A model generated the notes under the pieces. That model was not told the DNA's origin. It did no database searches and saw only the letters and a list, made by a program, of their open reading frames with translations. This document shows positions 1 to 8,803 of a DNA stretch of 64,000 nt, one piece after another. Both the position numbers and the translations under genes were made by a program. Positions within the stretch are counted from its first letter, which is position 1. Every line of letters begins with the position of its first letter. The DNA is from Clostridiales bacterium (GTDB lineage: Bacteria > Bacillota > Clostridia > Oscillospirales > Oscillospiraceae), in assembly GCA_004554585.1 (NCBI GenBank), contig SFLH01000008.1, forward strand, positions 21,178 through 85,177, read 5' to 3'.

Positions 1-1848
1 CAGCAGGCGCTTTTTGACCTCTCCCTCCTCCCGCAGCAGTGCATTGGCCGCCTCCAAACGGACCTGCACAGCTTGAATTTCCTTTTGCAGGCTGTTGAGC
101 TGGGAAAGGTCCTCCTGCCATACCGCCATACCGCTGCGGACGGGAACGGCATGGAGCTGTATATCCCTGTCCCGCAGCAGGGGCTTGTGTATGTCCATGC
201 GCAGCCGTTTCCAGACCGAGCGGGAAATGGGGCGGGCCCCGGAAGAGGAGAGAACGGTACGGCCCTTCTCATCCAATAATGTCAGGCTGATAGGGGCGGA
301 AGCAAACAGGCGCTGGTATTGGATATTGACCGGGATCATCCCTGCACGGAGTACCGTTTCAAAGAACAAAACGGAGAGCAGGCAGACGCAGACTGTTGGG
401 TCACTCTCCCACACCGGCGGCACCCGCTTGATATAGGCAACAAGGTAGGCCAGCAATCCCGCACAGAACATCAGCGGGAGGATGCGGCCTCTCCAATAGG
501 GGCTCCTGCGCCCCTGACGGAGCAAGTTCCGCAGGGCAGCGGCCAGGAGCAAGAGGGAAAAGGCAGCCACGATCCAGAATCCCGGACCGTAATAATAATC
601 CGAGGACCAGTTCCCGCCCGGTACAAAGCGGAATACCAACTGATGAAGATCATTGGTCAGCACCAGCAGCACCGAAAGCACATAGCCGACGAGAGGCGGC
701 CAGAGAGGACACAGCAATCGTTTTTCTCCCTCTTTCCCTTTCAGGATCTCCGTCAGATACAACAGGGCCACCGGCAGGGCCAACTGGAAGAGATAGTAGC
801 CATACCAGCACATCCGGCACAGCGTTCCTTCCACCAGCAACTGATACTTGAACAGCCGCAGCAGCAGCCACCCCACCATCAGCCAGCTTATCACGCCGAC
901 GACCCGGCGGACATCATGGCGGGTCACACGGTGAGATACCGTTCCTCTCCACAGCAGTATGGCAGTGGAAACCAGCACAGCAGACAGAATATGCTCTCTG
1001 AGATCTGCTGTGGTATAGAGCCGGGTATGGAAAACCTGTCGGCGCAGATCTCGGCTGCTGTCTCTGGTGAGTTCCAGAAACCGGTCATAGTCTTCCTCTC
1101 CCAGCAGATGGGCTGCCCGATAATCCTGCGGAAAGCCTTCCGGCCTGTCCCCATTCGCCAGAGGCAGACCCGCAGACAAAAGCGCTGCATCGAATCCAGA
1201 TTCCAATGCCAGCGGGACCTCCGAGAGGATCCCCATGCGATACGATACTGTCCCTTCCACAGGCACAATGATCTCATAGTTTCCCCCATCCTGATTCCAG
1301 GCGGCGGCTTCGTAGTCCAGGCAGAGCAAAACAGGGGCATCCGACTCGTTCAGCTCAAATCCTCCGTTTCGATAGAGGTCTTCCAGAAAAACCAAGGCAT
1401 CCTGCTTTGTAGGCTCCTTTCGGTCCAGCCCGTAGGACAACGCACCCATGGCCAGCATATTGCGGATGACGGAATTGCTGTTCATACCAACAGGGACTTG
1501 GCTCTCCCGAAGGCTGTTCCAGCCGGTGATGACGGCGTCCGTCCGTGTGCGATCCACTGCCAGAACCACCGTGGCCGCTACATGAGGATACCAATACCGG
1601 CCAACGCCACGGTCCATCGCCGGGATCGCCTGCACATCAAAGCAGGCTACCGCATTGCCCCGGGACACCTCCACGTAGAGGGTATCCTCTGCATCCTGGA
1701 GCGTATAGCCGGAGAGGAACGGAAGCAGCGCCGTGCTGTATGTCGCGGAGCCCTCTGCCGCGGAAATCAATCGTCCTCCAGACGTTGCCGTGCTGCATCC
1801 GGTCAGCAGCAGACACAGCAGGAGGAATAACGACCATCGCCTCTTCAT
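1..1848 (-). CDS. membrane sensor protein, N-terminal part (lipoprotein signal, large extracytoplasmic domain, multi-TM block, coiled coil); probable sensor kinase, 3' end outside window
   Basis: Own minus-strand translation from ATG 1848-1846 (MKRRWSLFLLLCLLLTGCSTATSG...) stays open to position 1. It is absent from the ORF track because no stop lies in the window. Lipobox LLTGC; several hydrophobic helices (VISWLMVGWLLL, YGYYLFQLALPVALL, VGYVLSVLLVL, FWIVAAFSLLLLAAAL, LPLMFCAGLLAYLVAY); then LSQLNSLQKEIQAVQVRLEAANALL. ATGA start/stop overlap with the upstream gene. Confidence 0.6.
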   Translation of the reverse strand, partial: MKRRWSLFLLLCLLLTGCSTATSGGRLISAAEGSATYSTALLPFLSGYTLQDAEDTLYVEVSRGNAVACFDVQAIPAMDRGVGRYWYPHVAATVVLAVDRTRTDAVITGWNSLRESQVPVGMNSNSVIRNMLAMGALSYGLDRKEPTKQDALVFLEDLYRNGGFELNESDAPVLLCLDYEAAAWNQDGGNYEIIVPVEGTVSYRMGILSEVPLALESGFDAALLSAGLPLANGDRPEGFPQDYRAAHLLGEEDYDRFLELTRDSSRDLRRQVFHTRLYTTADLREHILSAVLVSTAILLWRGTVSHRVTRHDVRRVVGVISWLMVGWLLLRLFKYQLLVEGTLCRMCWYGYYLFQLALPVALLYLTEILKGKEGEKRLLCPLWPPLVGYVLSVLLVLTNDLHQLVFRFVPGGNWSSDYYYGPGFWIVAAFSLLLLAAALRNLLRQGRRSPYWRGRILPLMFCAGLLAYLVAYIKRVPPVWESDPTVCVCLLSVLFFETVLRAGMIPVNIQYQRLFASAPISLTLLDEKGRTVLSSSGARPISRSVWKRLRMDIHKPLLRDRDIQLHAVPVRSGMAVWQEDLSQLNSLQKEIQAVQVRLEAANALLREEGEVKKRLL

Positions 1849-2198
1849 GGCGCCACCGGCTCTCCAGACTCCTTCATGCGCGCGGCACACTCCCGGCACA
1901 AATCCATCTCATCGCAGATGAGGAAGCAGGCGTCACAAACCAGACGCCGGCAGATGGGACATTGGCTGAATCGCTCCCTGGCCTCCTGGCCGGCCGTTAA
2001 CCGGGCCCGCTGTTTCTCCCGCTGGTAGATCGCATCATAGAGTTCCTTCTTTTCCCGGTACTCAGCTGCCTGTGCCGCTTTGGAAAACGGGATACTGCTG
2101 CTGTACCAAAATTCTCCGCACACCTCACAGCGAATGGAAAAACAGAAATACTGGGGTGTGGAGGAATCCTCAAGATGGCTGGACAACAGTTGGATCAT
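1845..2198 (-). CDS. small Cys-rich (multiple CxxC, zinc-ribbon-like) protein, unknown function
   Basis: 117-aa ORF with CEVC, CPIC, CDAC and CREC motifs. GGAGG SD lies 8 nt upstream of ATG 2198. Its stop overlaps the next start (ATGA). Confidence 0.6.
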   Translation of the reverse strand: MIQLLSSHLEDSSTPQYFCFSIRCEVCGEFWYSSSIPFSKAAQAAEYREKKELYDAIYQREKQRARLTAGQEARERFSQCPICRRLVCDACFLICDEMDLCRECAARMKESGEPVAP

Positions 2199-2302
2199 AT
2201 TGCACGCCTCCTTCCATTCCTACTCCTGTTATAACAGGAGTAGGGCCCAGTGTATATGGTCCATTGGATACTTTTGAGAAAGATATCCATTGGAGCATAG
2301 AG

Positions 2303-2340
2303 AAAGCGCACAAAACCGCTTTCCTGGTTTTGTGCGCTTT
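2303..2340 (-). terminator. hairpin downstream of the LuxR-type gene
   Basis: Perfect 15-bp arms AAAGCGCACAAAACC / GGTTTTGTGCGCTTT (2303-2317 / 2326-2340). The T-tract on the minus strand is weak. Confidence 0.45.
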
Positions 2341-2360
2341 GCTATACTGGGGGACTGGTT

Positions 2361-3953
2361 TTAGAAAAGCTCCTGAAGCCTTCCGCAACGGCGAAGAAGA
2401 TCAATGTACAGCATCAGTTCATCCCGAGATGCTACGCCCAGTTTCCCGTAGATGCTGCGGTTGTGTTTTCGGACTGTGCTCATACTGATAAACGCCAGAT
2501 CCGGGATCTCCGCAATCTCGTGCCCATCCATGTAATATCGGAGAATATTCCGCTCCGCCTCTGTCAGCAGATCTTTGCGCGCGATAAACTGATCAAAAAG
2601 TTCTGCAATGTTGGGCGGAAGCTCTCCCTGCTCCAGCCGCTGGTTCCGCGCTCTGGCGTTCAGAAACTCTGCCAGTTCATCCACCTCCGAAATTCCGGAG
2701 GATAGCCCCTGCTCTGGCAGTTCTTCCTGTTGGAACCGCTTCAGGCTGTCGGTGATGGGCCGGACAAACCGCCGCGCCAGGAAGAAGGAAAGCGCCAACA
2801 GCACCAGGAGCAGCACCAACGCCGCGATGACCCATGTCTTCTGTACGTCGGCTGTGTATGCGGCATAGCTGTCCTGAGGAACAAGGATCGCGACAGCCCA
2901 GGCAGTATCCTCTGCTTCCCCCTTGGAGAGCGGTATGGTTTGGTGCAGGCCAATATATCGATCGGTGCCGGTATCATATTCATGATAGTATCGCCCCTGA
3001 TGGATGCGGAGGGCCTCCTGGCCATCTAAGTAGGTGCCATTGACGCTGCCAACCAGCCCTTCCGAAAGTAGGAGACGGCTGTCCTGGACAGGAGCCAACA
3101 CAGTAACTGCAGAGCCGAATTGTCCCTCCACGGTGGGATAAGATAATTGGAAGTACAGGGCGCTGATCTCGACGCCACAGATACCATATACGGTCCCATC
3201 ACTGCCTACAATGGGGACGCACAGCAGCATAGCGGATTCCCAGGTATCCTTCAGATCAATCCGATGGGACCAGAAATAGCGTTCCGCAGGCCGCTCCAGA
3301 GGCGCATCCATCAGTTCCCGGCTGCCTGGGATCTGATCGGTGTCAAATTCCAGATTCCATCGGTTGTGCAATTCCAGGTCCTTTTGCCGGGCAATATCCG
3401 GGATCCCGCGGAAGTAGACCACGGTAGGGGTAACCGGGCTGCTGGCACTGAGGTTGGAATAGCGTAGGTGGATGCCGCTCCTGGAGTGATCTGCCACCGC
3501 CAAAGCGGTGTTGGCCGTGGCGTTCAAAATCGCATACGCACCATTGCAATTGGCCGTCTGGAGCGTCGCATTGATCAGCGGGTACATGATCTCCTGCAGC
3601 TTTAGCAGCCGCTGCGGATCATCGTTGACCTGCTGCAGGGAGATGCCCTCCTGGACCAGCGCCCCTTCCACCTCACGACTCAGTTCTTTGGAGAGATGCA
3701 AGCTCTGGGCAGTCAGGCGATCCAGATGATTCACCAGGTTGTCTTGCGTATTTTTCAGGTGGAGTTCCAGCACTTCATGAAGCTGCTCATCGTTCCGGGA
3801 AAAGGCCCCAGCAACGGACAGAAGGAGGATCACCGCCGCAAAGACCACCAAGATCATAGAAACCCAGTAGAGCATCAATTTTCTCTGCATGCCCACGCTC
3901 TGCTTTTTGGCAAAAGCGTTCAAAGCCCGGATCTCCTTCAGTTTATTCCGCAC
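2361..3953 (-). CDS. membrane-anchored LuxR-family transcriptional regulator with extracytoplasmic sensor domain
   Basis: 530 aa, GTG start. TM near the N terminus (LMLYWVSMILVVFAAVILLL), ~330-aa outside domain, second TM (WVIAALVLLLVLLALSFFLA). C-terminal LuxR HTH (LTEAERNILRYYMDGHEIAEIPDLAFISMSTVRKHNRSIYGKLGV). Confidence 0.8.
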   Translation of the reverse strand: MRNKLKEIRALNAFAKKQSVGMQRKLMLYWVSMILVVFAAVILLLSVAGAFSRNDEQLHEVLELHLKNTQDNLVNHLDRLTAQSLHLSKELSREVEGALVQEGISLQQVNDDPQRLLKLQEIMYPLINATLQTANCNGAYAILNATANTALAVADHSRSGIHLRYSNLSASSPVTPTVVYFRGIPDIARQKDLELHNRWNLEFDTDQIPGSRELMDAPLERPAERYFWSHRIDLKDTWESAMLLCVPIVGSDGTVYGICGVEISALYFQLSYPTVEGQFGSAVTVLAPVQDSRLLLSEGLVGSVNGTYLDGQEALRIHQGRYYHEYDTGTDRYIGLHQTIPLSKGEAEDTAWAVAILVPQDSYAAYTADVQKTWVIAALVLLLVLLALSFFLARRFVRPITDSLKRFQQEELPEQGLSSGISEVDELAEFLNARARNQRLEQGELPPNIAELFDQFIARKDLLTEAERNILRYYMDGHEIAEIPDLAFISMSTVRKHNRSIYGKLGVASRDELMLYIDLLRRCGRLQELF

Positions 3954-3974
3954 GGTGTTACCTCCTCTCCTGTA

Positions 3975-5339
3975 TTATCGCTCCATAATCTCCCGGAAAT
4001 CCTGGAACCGCTCTGCACTGATTTGTTCCAGCCCCGTCTCCCCGGCATCCAGATAATCCTGGCGGCCCAGTGCAAGCTGCGCCCGCACATGGTCTTCCAG
4101 CATTGTTTCCAGGCTCAGATAAGTCTCCAACTGCGGCGGCACATAGAATTCATAGTTCGTTTGGGTGTCCAGATATGCCTGATAGAGCGAGGCATATTTC
4201 GCGCTCTCCAGTCCCGCAATGGCCTTCGGCAGTTCGTCTTCAAACGCACTCCGGGTCACCGGCATGTAGCCCGTTCGGGTTACAAACTCCACATTATGTT
4301 CCGGTTCGGTCAGCCATTTCAGGAAGGTCACAGCGGCCTGCTCCCGCTCCGGGGTAGAGCGCACGGTGCAGAAACCTGCCCCCCTCTGCATCACTAATTT
4401 TTCCCCATTCTCAAAGACCGGACAGGGGCGGGAGATGATGGTGATATCCTCGGATGTATTATCTGGGTACGTCACAACATCGCTATAATAAAGGATACTG
4501 GCTGAGGAAGCCACACTGACAATGCTGTCACCCGTGCGGAGGGACGCCGTGGCATAACCGCCCTGGAGCCAGACACCCCCTTGAAGTGCAGCCTGCGCCA
4601 GCGGTTCCCACGCCACCTGAAATGCAGGACCAAAGGCCAGTTTGTTCCCCCGGAAAAAGTCCTCACCCAGAGATTCTGCCCCTATCTGGAAATAGTTGAA
4701 GTAGTAGTCGTGGACAAACATAGACTTGGCATCCCCTGGAATATCCGGTGTCTGCTCGTCGGTCCAGTCCGCATAGATCTCTGCTGCCCGGAAAAGCCCC
4801 TCCCAGGTATCCAGATCCTCCATCGTGACACCGGTAGCTTGCGAGAAACGGTCAAAGATCGTCTGATTGATAAACATGATCTCTGTGGATTTCGCCACGG
4901 GAAGGATCACCAAGCGGTCGTTTACCGTCCCCTCTTCTACGAAAGCCGGGAGGAAAGCGGACAGTTCTTCCTCGCTGAAGTAGTCCCGATAATCCACTAA
5001 AATGCTGTCATCGGGCAGCGCCATCACGGTCTTTGGATAGGAGATAAAGAGATCGGGCAACTCTGAGGCACCCGGCTCTCCATTGGCAGCCGCCAGCACC
5101 AGTTCGTGAATCGTATTGGTGTTGGAGACAGAGGTAACCTGCACATTGATCTGCTGCTCTTTTCCCACAGTCTGGTTAAACTGATCGATCAGGTCGTTGA
5201 GAGGAGAATCCGCCTGTCCACCATAGACGTGCCAGACTGTAATGGTTGTTGGTGTTTCTTCGTTTTTCACTGTGCCGGAACAGCCTGTGCAAAGAAATAA
5301 TATGACAAGTAGCAAAAAGAAGAACTTTCGATGTTGCAT
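3975..5339 (-). CDS. ABC-type extracellular solute-binding lipoprotein (family 1 SBP)
   Basis: 454 aa with lipobox LFLCTGCSG. Sequence is typical of sugar-type SBPs (ITVWHVYGGQADSPLNDLIDQFN...). No permease or ATPase genes are adjacent. Confidence 0.85.
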   Translation of the reverse strand: MQHRKFFFLLLVILFLCTGCSGTVKNEETPTTITVWHVYGGQADSPLNDLIDQFNQTVGKEQQINVQVTSVSNTNTIHELVLAAANGEPGASELPDLFISYPKTVMALPDDSILVDYRDYFSEEELSAFLPAFVEEGTVNDRLVILPVAKSTEIMFINQTIFDRFSQATGVTMEDLDTWEGLFRAAEIYADWTDEQTPDIPGDAKSMFVHDYYFNYFQIGAESLGEDFFRGNKLAFGPAFQVAWEPLAQAALQGGVWLQGGYATASLRTGDSIVSVASSASILYYSDVVTYPDNTSEDITIISRPCPVFENGEKLVMQRGAGFCTVRSTPEREQAAVTFLKWLTEPEHNVEFVTRTGYMPVTRSAFEDELPKAIAGLESAKYASLYQAYLDTQTNYEFYVPPQLETYLSLETMLEDHVRAQLALGRQDYLDAGETGLEQISAERFQDFREIMER

Positions 5340-5694
5340 ATCGCCATCCCCTCCTCGTACGTTTGCTTATATCACAAACAGACAACAACTTCCGAGAACC
5401 TCTGCTTTCTATTTGATGAAAACTATTGCCTTTTAGTATAGCACAAATCTTTTTCCCCTTCACTACCCGTAGTGGGTAGTCTGTTATATACTATTATAAC
5501 ATCTCAGTGCCAACATTGGTCACAATATATAATTTGCTCCTCATTACTATATTTTCCCTTATTTTTCCCTTTAGTCGAAATTTTCTGCCAGTGCATAGCA
5601 GCACCAGACAAGAAAGAAAAAACCGGTTTTTGTTGAGAAATGGGTCTTTTGTTTGGGTCGGGTGTAACTATCCCCAAATGGTTGATTTTACCGG

Positions 5695-5922
5695 ACCCGA
5701 ACAATGCTCTGGCGCTACGCTGGTGAGCCTGTCCCCACCGCCTTTCTGGATGCCTACGGGGACGCTGCGTCGGTCACTTCCTACGCCCAGCAACCTATGG
5801 CCTGGGCAGTGGGGGCCGGCCTGATCCAGGGCATCACTGGGGACACCCTCCGTCCCCAGGGCCAGGCTAGCAGAGTCCAGGTTTCTACCATCCTGCAGCG
5901 GTTTATAGAGACATTCAACTGA
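5695..5922 (+). pseudogene. 5'-truncated remnant: C-terminal SLH (S-layer homology) repeat of a cell-surface protein
   Basis: The frame opens only at 5686. It reads LWRYAGEPVPTAFLDAYGDAASVTSYAQQPMAWAVGAGLIQGITGDTLRPQGQASRVQVSTILQRF, an SLH-type pattern. An unrelated AT-rich stretch precedes it and there is no SD. Confidence 0.6.
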
Positions 5923-5938
5923 TCTTTTTCTAAGTAAA

Positions 5939-5985
5939 CAAGGGCGGAAGTGTACTGCTTCCGCCCTTGCTTATTATCTTTATCA
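5939..5985 (+). terminator. rho-independent terminator after the SLH remnant
   Basis: 12-bp stem CAAGGGCGGAAG / CTTCCGCCCTTG (5939-5950 / 5958-5969) followed by a T-rich tail. Confidence 0.6.
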
Positions 5986-6096
5986 CTCAAATAGTTTGCA
6001 TACATCGCATTCCTATACTCTGGCAACGGTTGCTCTTTGTACGGGATACTTTCTACTCCTGTAAAGTCGATATCGATTCGGAAACTTACGTTCTGA

Positions 6097-6360
6097 TCAT
6101 TGAAATGTGTCCGCTCGTGTGTGCCGCAAAATAACATCACCCCAGGCAGCGTCGAAGGAGAGGGCGCAGGTTTTGTAGTCCCGCTGCACGCAGTAGATGG
6201 GCAGCTGCCGCTGGGTGGACGAGGCAGAGACGTAGGCAGGCAGATTGGTGAGCAGGCACAGGGCGCACACACACAGCACCGCGCCGGGAATGGCCAGCCA
6301 CCGCTTGCGCAGCAGCAGGACCCGCCCCTCTTTGGCAGAGACCTTGAAACGATTTTTCAT
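6097..6360 (-). pseudogene. 3'-truncated polysaccharide deacetylase (PdaB/NodB-like) N-terminal fragment
   Basis: 87 aa: TM segment, then LPIYCVQRDYKTCALSFDAAWG (NodB motif-1 region). It then runs into unrelated lower-GC sequence and stops. Full-length homologs are about 3x longer. Confidence 0.6.
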
Positions 6361-6487
6361 GATGATCCCGTCCTTTCTATCAGTCTATGGATATGCGCGG
6401 CGGCGGAGATCATGCCTGTTCCGTGCAGGATTTCTCGCAATCTTTCCCGGAAAACAAAAGAATTTGCAAGAGTTTCGTCGGAATCCA

Positions 6488-6516
6488 TTGCAGTTTCCCG
6501 AAAACTACGGTATAAT
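6488..6516 (+). promoter_or_regulatory. sigma-A-like promoter P1 upstream of pncB
   Basis: TTGCAG (6488-6493), 17 nt, TATAAT (6511-6516). Confidence 0.4.
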
Positions 6517-6561
6517 GCTTCTTAAAGTTTCAAAAGGGGCGGTGGACAGGAAGCTTGTCTA

Positions 6562-6590
6562 TTGACTTGTCACCTGTTCCGGCATATAAT
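6562..6590 (+). promoter_or_regulatory. sigma-A-like promoter P2 upstream of pncB, with a CACCTGT half-site in the spacer
   Basis: TTGACT (6562-6567), 17 nt, TATAAT (6585-6590). The spacer contains TGTCACCTGT, the arm sequence of the palindrome at 8737-8776. Confidence 0.45.
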
Positions 6591-6694
6591 AAATCGATTT
6601 TTCCCGGCCGGTCCGCCCCGGGTCCGCAGAGTGCGGACCTCTTGGATTCCCGGGCGGCCCCGCCGCCTCATTCATGAAAACAGAGGATCTTGCT

Positions 6695-8155
6695 ATGAAC
6701 ACGAACAAGAAACTGAACATGACCATGCTGTGCGATTTTTATGAGCTGACCATGGGCAACGGCTATTTTAAGGCCGGCTATAAAGATCGGATCACCCACT
6801 TCGATCTCTTTTTCCGCAGCGTCCCTGACAAGGGCGGCTATGCCATCGCGGCGGGCCTGGAACAGGTCATCGAGTACATCCAGGACCTGCACTTTGAGCC
6901 GGAAGATATTGAATATCTCCGGGGCCGGAAGATGTTTGACGAAGAATTTCTGGACTACCTGGCCAACTTCCGCTTCACCGGCGACATCTTCGCCGTGCCG
7001 GAGGGCACCCCCGTCTTCCCCAACGAGCCCATCCTCACCGTGCGGGCCCCCGCCATCCAGACCCAGCTGCTGGAGACCTATCTGCTGCTGACCATCAACC
7101 ACCAGAGCCTCATCGCCACCAAGGCCAACCGCATCGTCCGGGCAGCCCGGGGGCGGACGGTGCTGGAATTCGGCTCCCGCCGGGCCCAGGGCTCCAGCGG
7201 CGCCATTGACGGGGCCCGGGCCGCCTTCATCGGCGGCTGCAAGGGCACTGCCTGCACCATCTCCGACCAGCTCTACGGCGTCCCCGCCGGCGGCACCATG
7301 GCCCACGCCTGGGTGCAGACCTTCGACAGCCAGTACGACGCCTTCCGGGCCTACTGCGAGATCTACCCCGACAACCCCGTGCTGCTGGTGGACACCTACA
7401 ACACCCTGAAAAGCGGCATTCCCGACGCCATCCGGGCCTTCAACGACGTGCTCAAGCCCCGGGGCCTGACCAAGTGCGGCATCCGCCTGGACTCCGGCGA
7501 CATGGCCTACCTCACCCGGGAGGCCCGCAAAATGCTGGATGAGGCAGGTTGGACGGAATGTAAGATTACCGTCTCCAACTCCTTGGACGAGATCATCATC
7601 CAGGACCTTTTGCTCCAAGGGGCAAAGATCGACGCCTTCGGCGTGGGTGAGCGGCTGATCACCGCCCGCAGCGAGCCCGTTTTTGGCGGCGTGTACAAGC
7701 TGGTGGCCTACGAGGACGACCAGGGCAATGTCATTCCCAAGATCAAGCTCAGCGAGAACGTGTCCAAGATCACTACCCCCCAATACAAGCGGCTCTTCCG
7801 CCTGTATGAGCAAGAGTCGGGCAAGGCCATCGGCGACTGGCTGTGCACCTACGACGAGGATATCGACAGTAACCGCAACCCCGACGGCAGCCTGACCATT
7901 TTCGACCCCGACGCCACCTGGAAGAAAAAGACCATCTACAGCTTCACCGCCCGGGAGCTCCAGGAGCCCATCTTCCTGGGGGGCAAACTGGTCTATCGGA
8001 TGCCCACCTTGGAGGAGATCCAGGCCTACTGCGCCCAGCAGATGGATACCCTCTGGGATGAGGTCAAGCGGTTCGACAACCCCCACAACTACTATGTGGA
8101 TCTCTCCCAGAAGCTCTGGGACATCAAGTATGACCTGATCATGCACAACAAGTAA
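6695..8155 (+). CDS. pncB: nicotinate phosphoribosyltransferase
   Basis: MNTNKKLNMTMLCDFYELTMGNGYFKAG... is a typical NAPRTase N terminus. AGAGGA SD lies 8 nt before ATG 6695; the track start at 6674 has no SD. Confidence 0.9.
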   Translation: MNTNKKLNMTMLCDFYELTMGNGYFKAGYKDRITHFDLFFRSVPDKGGYAIAAGLEQVIEYIQDLHFEPEDIEYLRGRKMFDEEFLDYLANFRFTGDIFAVPEGTPVFPNEPILTVRAPAIQTQLLETYLLLTINHQSLIATKANRIVRAARGRTVLEFGSRRAQGSSGAIDGARAAFIGGCKGTACTISDQLYGVPAGGTMAHAWVQTFDSQYDAFRAYCEIYPDNPVLLVDTYNTLKSGIPDAIRAFNDVLKPRGLTKCGIRLDSGDMAYLTREARKMLDEAGWTECKITVSNSLDEIIIQDLLLQGAKIDAFGVGERLITARSEPVFGGVYKLVAYEDDQGNVIPKIKLSENVSKITTPQYKRLFRLYEQESGKAIGDWLCTYDEDIDSNRNPDGSLTIFDPDATWKKKTIYSFTARELQEPIFLGGKLVYRMPTLEEIQAYCAQQMDTLWDEVKRFDNPHNYYVDLSQKLWDIKYDLIMHNK

Positions 8156-8180
8156 CCCCAAGGAAAGGAGCGTGGCGCCG

Positions 8181-8690
8181 ATGAAGGCCGAGGAAAGACG
8201 ACAGATTATCGCCCAGATATTGACCCCCGATGCGCCCATCAGCGCCACCACCCTGGCCGGGCGATTTTCCGTCAGCCGGCAGATCATCGTGGGGGACATT
8301 GCCCTGCTCCGGGCCAGCGGCCTGGACATCGTGGCCACCCCCCGGGGCTACCAGCTTGGAGAGTCTTCCGGCCTGCTGCGCACCGTGGCCTGCATCCACA
8401 CCGCCCAGGAGACCGAGCAGGAGCTGCTGGCCATGGTGGACAACGGCTGCACCGTCATCGACGTGGTGGTGGACCACCCTCTCTACGGCCAGATCACCGG
8501 CCAGCTGAGCCTCTCCTCCCGCTACGACGTGCGCCAGTTCGTGGAAAAGGCCCAGCACGCCGCCCCCCTCTCCTCCCTCACCCAAGGGGTGCACCTGCAC
8601 AACCTCCGCTGCCCCAGTGAGGAGGCCTTCCACCGGGTCCAAGAGGACCTGGCTGCCCTGGGGCTTCTCTACACCCAGACAAATGGGTAG
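8181..8690 (+). CDS. niaR: NiaR/YrxA-type transcriptional repressor of NAD metabolism (HTH + 3H domain)
   Basis: MKAEERRQIIAQIL...LAGRFSVSRQIIVGDIALLRASGLDIVATPRGYQL, followed by a His-containing 3H-like C-terminal half. Sits directly downstream of pncB. Confidence 0.85.
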   Translation: MKAEERRQIIAQILTPDAPISATTLAGRFSVSRQIIVGDIALLRASGLDIVATPRGYQLGESSGLLRTVACIHTAQETEQELLAMVDNGCTVIDVVVDHPLYGQITGQLSLSSRYDVRQFVEKAQHAAPLSSLTQGVHLHNLRCPSEEAFHRVQEDLAALGLLYTQTNG

Positions 8691-8710
8691 GGAAATCTGC
8701 CCGAGAGGGA

Positions 8711-8739
8711 TTGACAAAGGCCCGATTTCGACTTACAAT
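8711..8739 (+). promoter_or_regulatory. sigma-A-like promoter of the permease gene
   Basis: TTGACA (8711-8716), 17 nt, TACAAT (8734-8739). Confidence 0.5.
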
Positions 8740-8776
8740 AGCACTTGCACCTGTCTTGACAGGTGCAAGTGCTATT
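8737..8776. promoter_or_regulatory. 40-nt perfect palindrome: candidate NiaR operator overlapping the -10, also a terminator-like hairpin after niaR
   Basis: AATAGCACTTGCACCTGTC TT GACAGGTGCAAGTGCTATT (arms 8737-8755 / 8758-8776) followed by TTTT. Confidence 0.55.
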
Positions 8777-8803
8777 TTTTGTCACAGACGAAAAGGAGAG
8801 AAT

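Noticed and set aside
319-1830. 503-aa plus-strand ORF in the track
   Set aside because: The composition is Gln/Arg/His/Pro-rich nonsense. It lies exactly antisense to a coherent minus-strand sensor protein ORF, so it is a shadow ORF of GC-rich DNA.
5781-6272. 163-aa minus-strand ORF spanning the scar region
   Set aside because: It reads through the plus-strand terminator and antisense through the SLH remnant. It has no SD and no recognisable family, so it is probably a chance ORF across a junction.
6591-6694. NAD+ riboswitch in the pncB leader
   Set aside because: The leader is structured and GC-rich, but I could not recognise the nadA- or pnuC-motif consensus. Protein-based (NiaR) control is already suggested by the adjacent regulator.
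6668-8338. 556-aa minus-strand ORF, and similar very long ORFs at 14427-16454, 18509-20485, 20431-21966, 21887-23722, 25300-26454, 33641-34960, 35276-37345, 38646-40040, 45726-47357, 54758-57310, 58624-60396 and 62001-63551
   Set aside because: All are antisense or out of frame to genes with clear family signatures (pncB, ilvB, pepP, adh, aldehyde dehydrogenase and others). They have Gly/Ala/Val/Asp/His/Pro-biased low-complexity translations and no SD. This is the typical high-GC ORF artefact.
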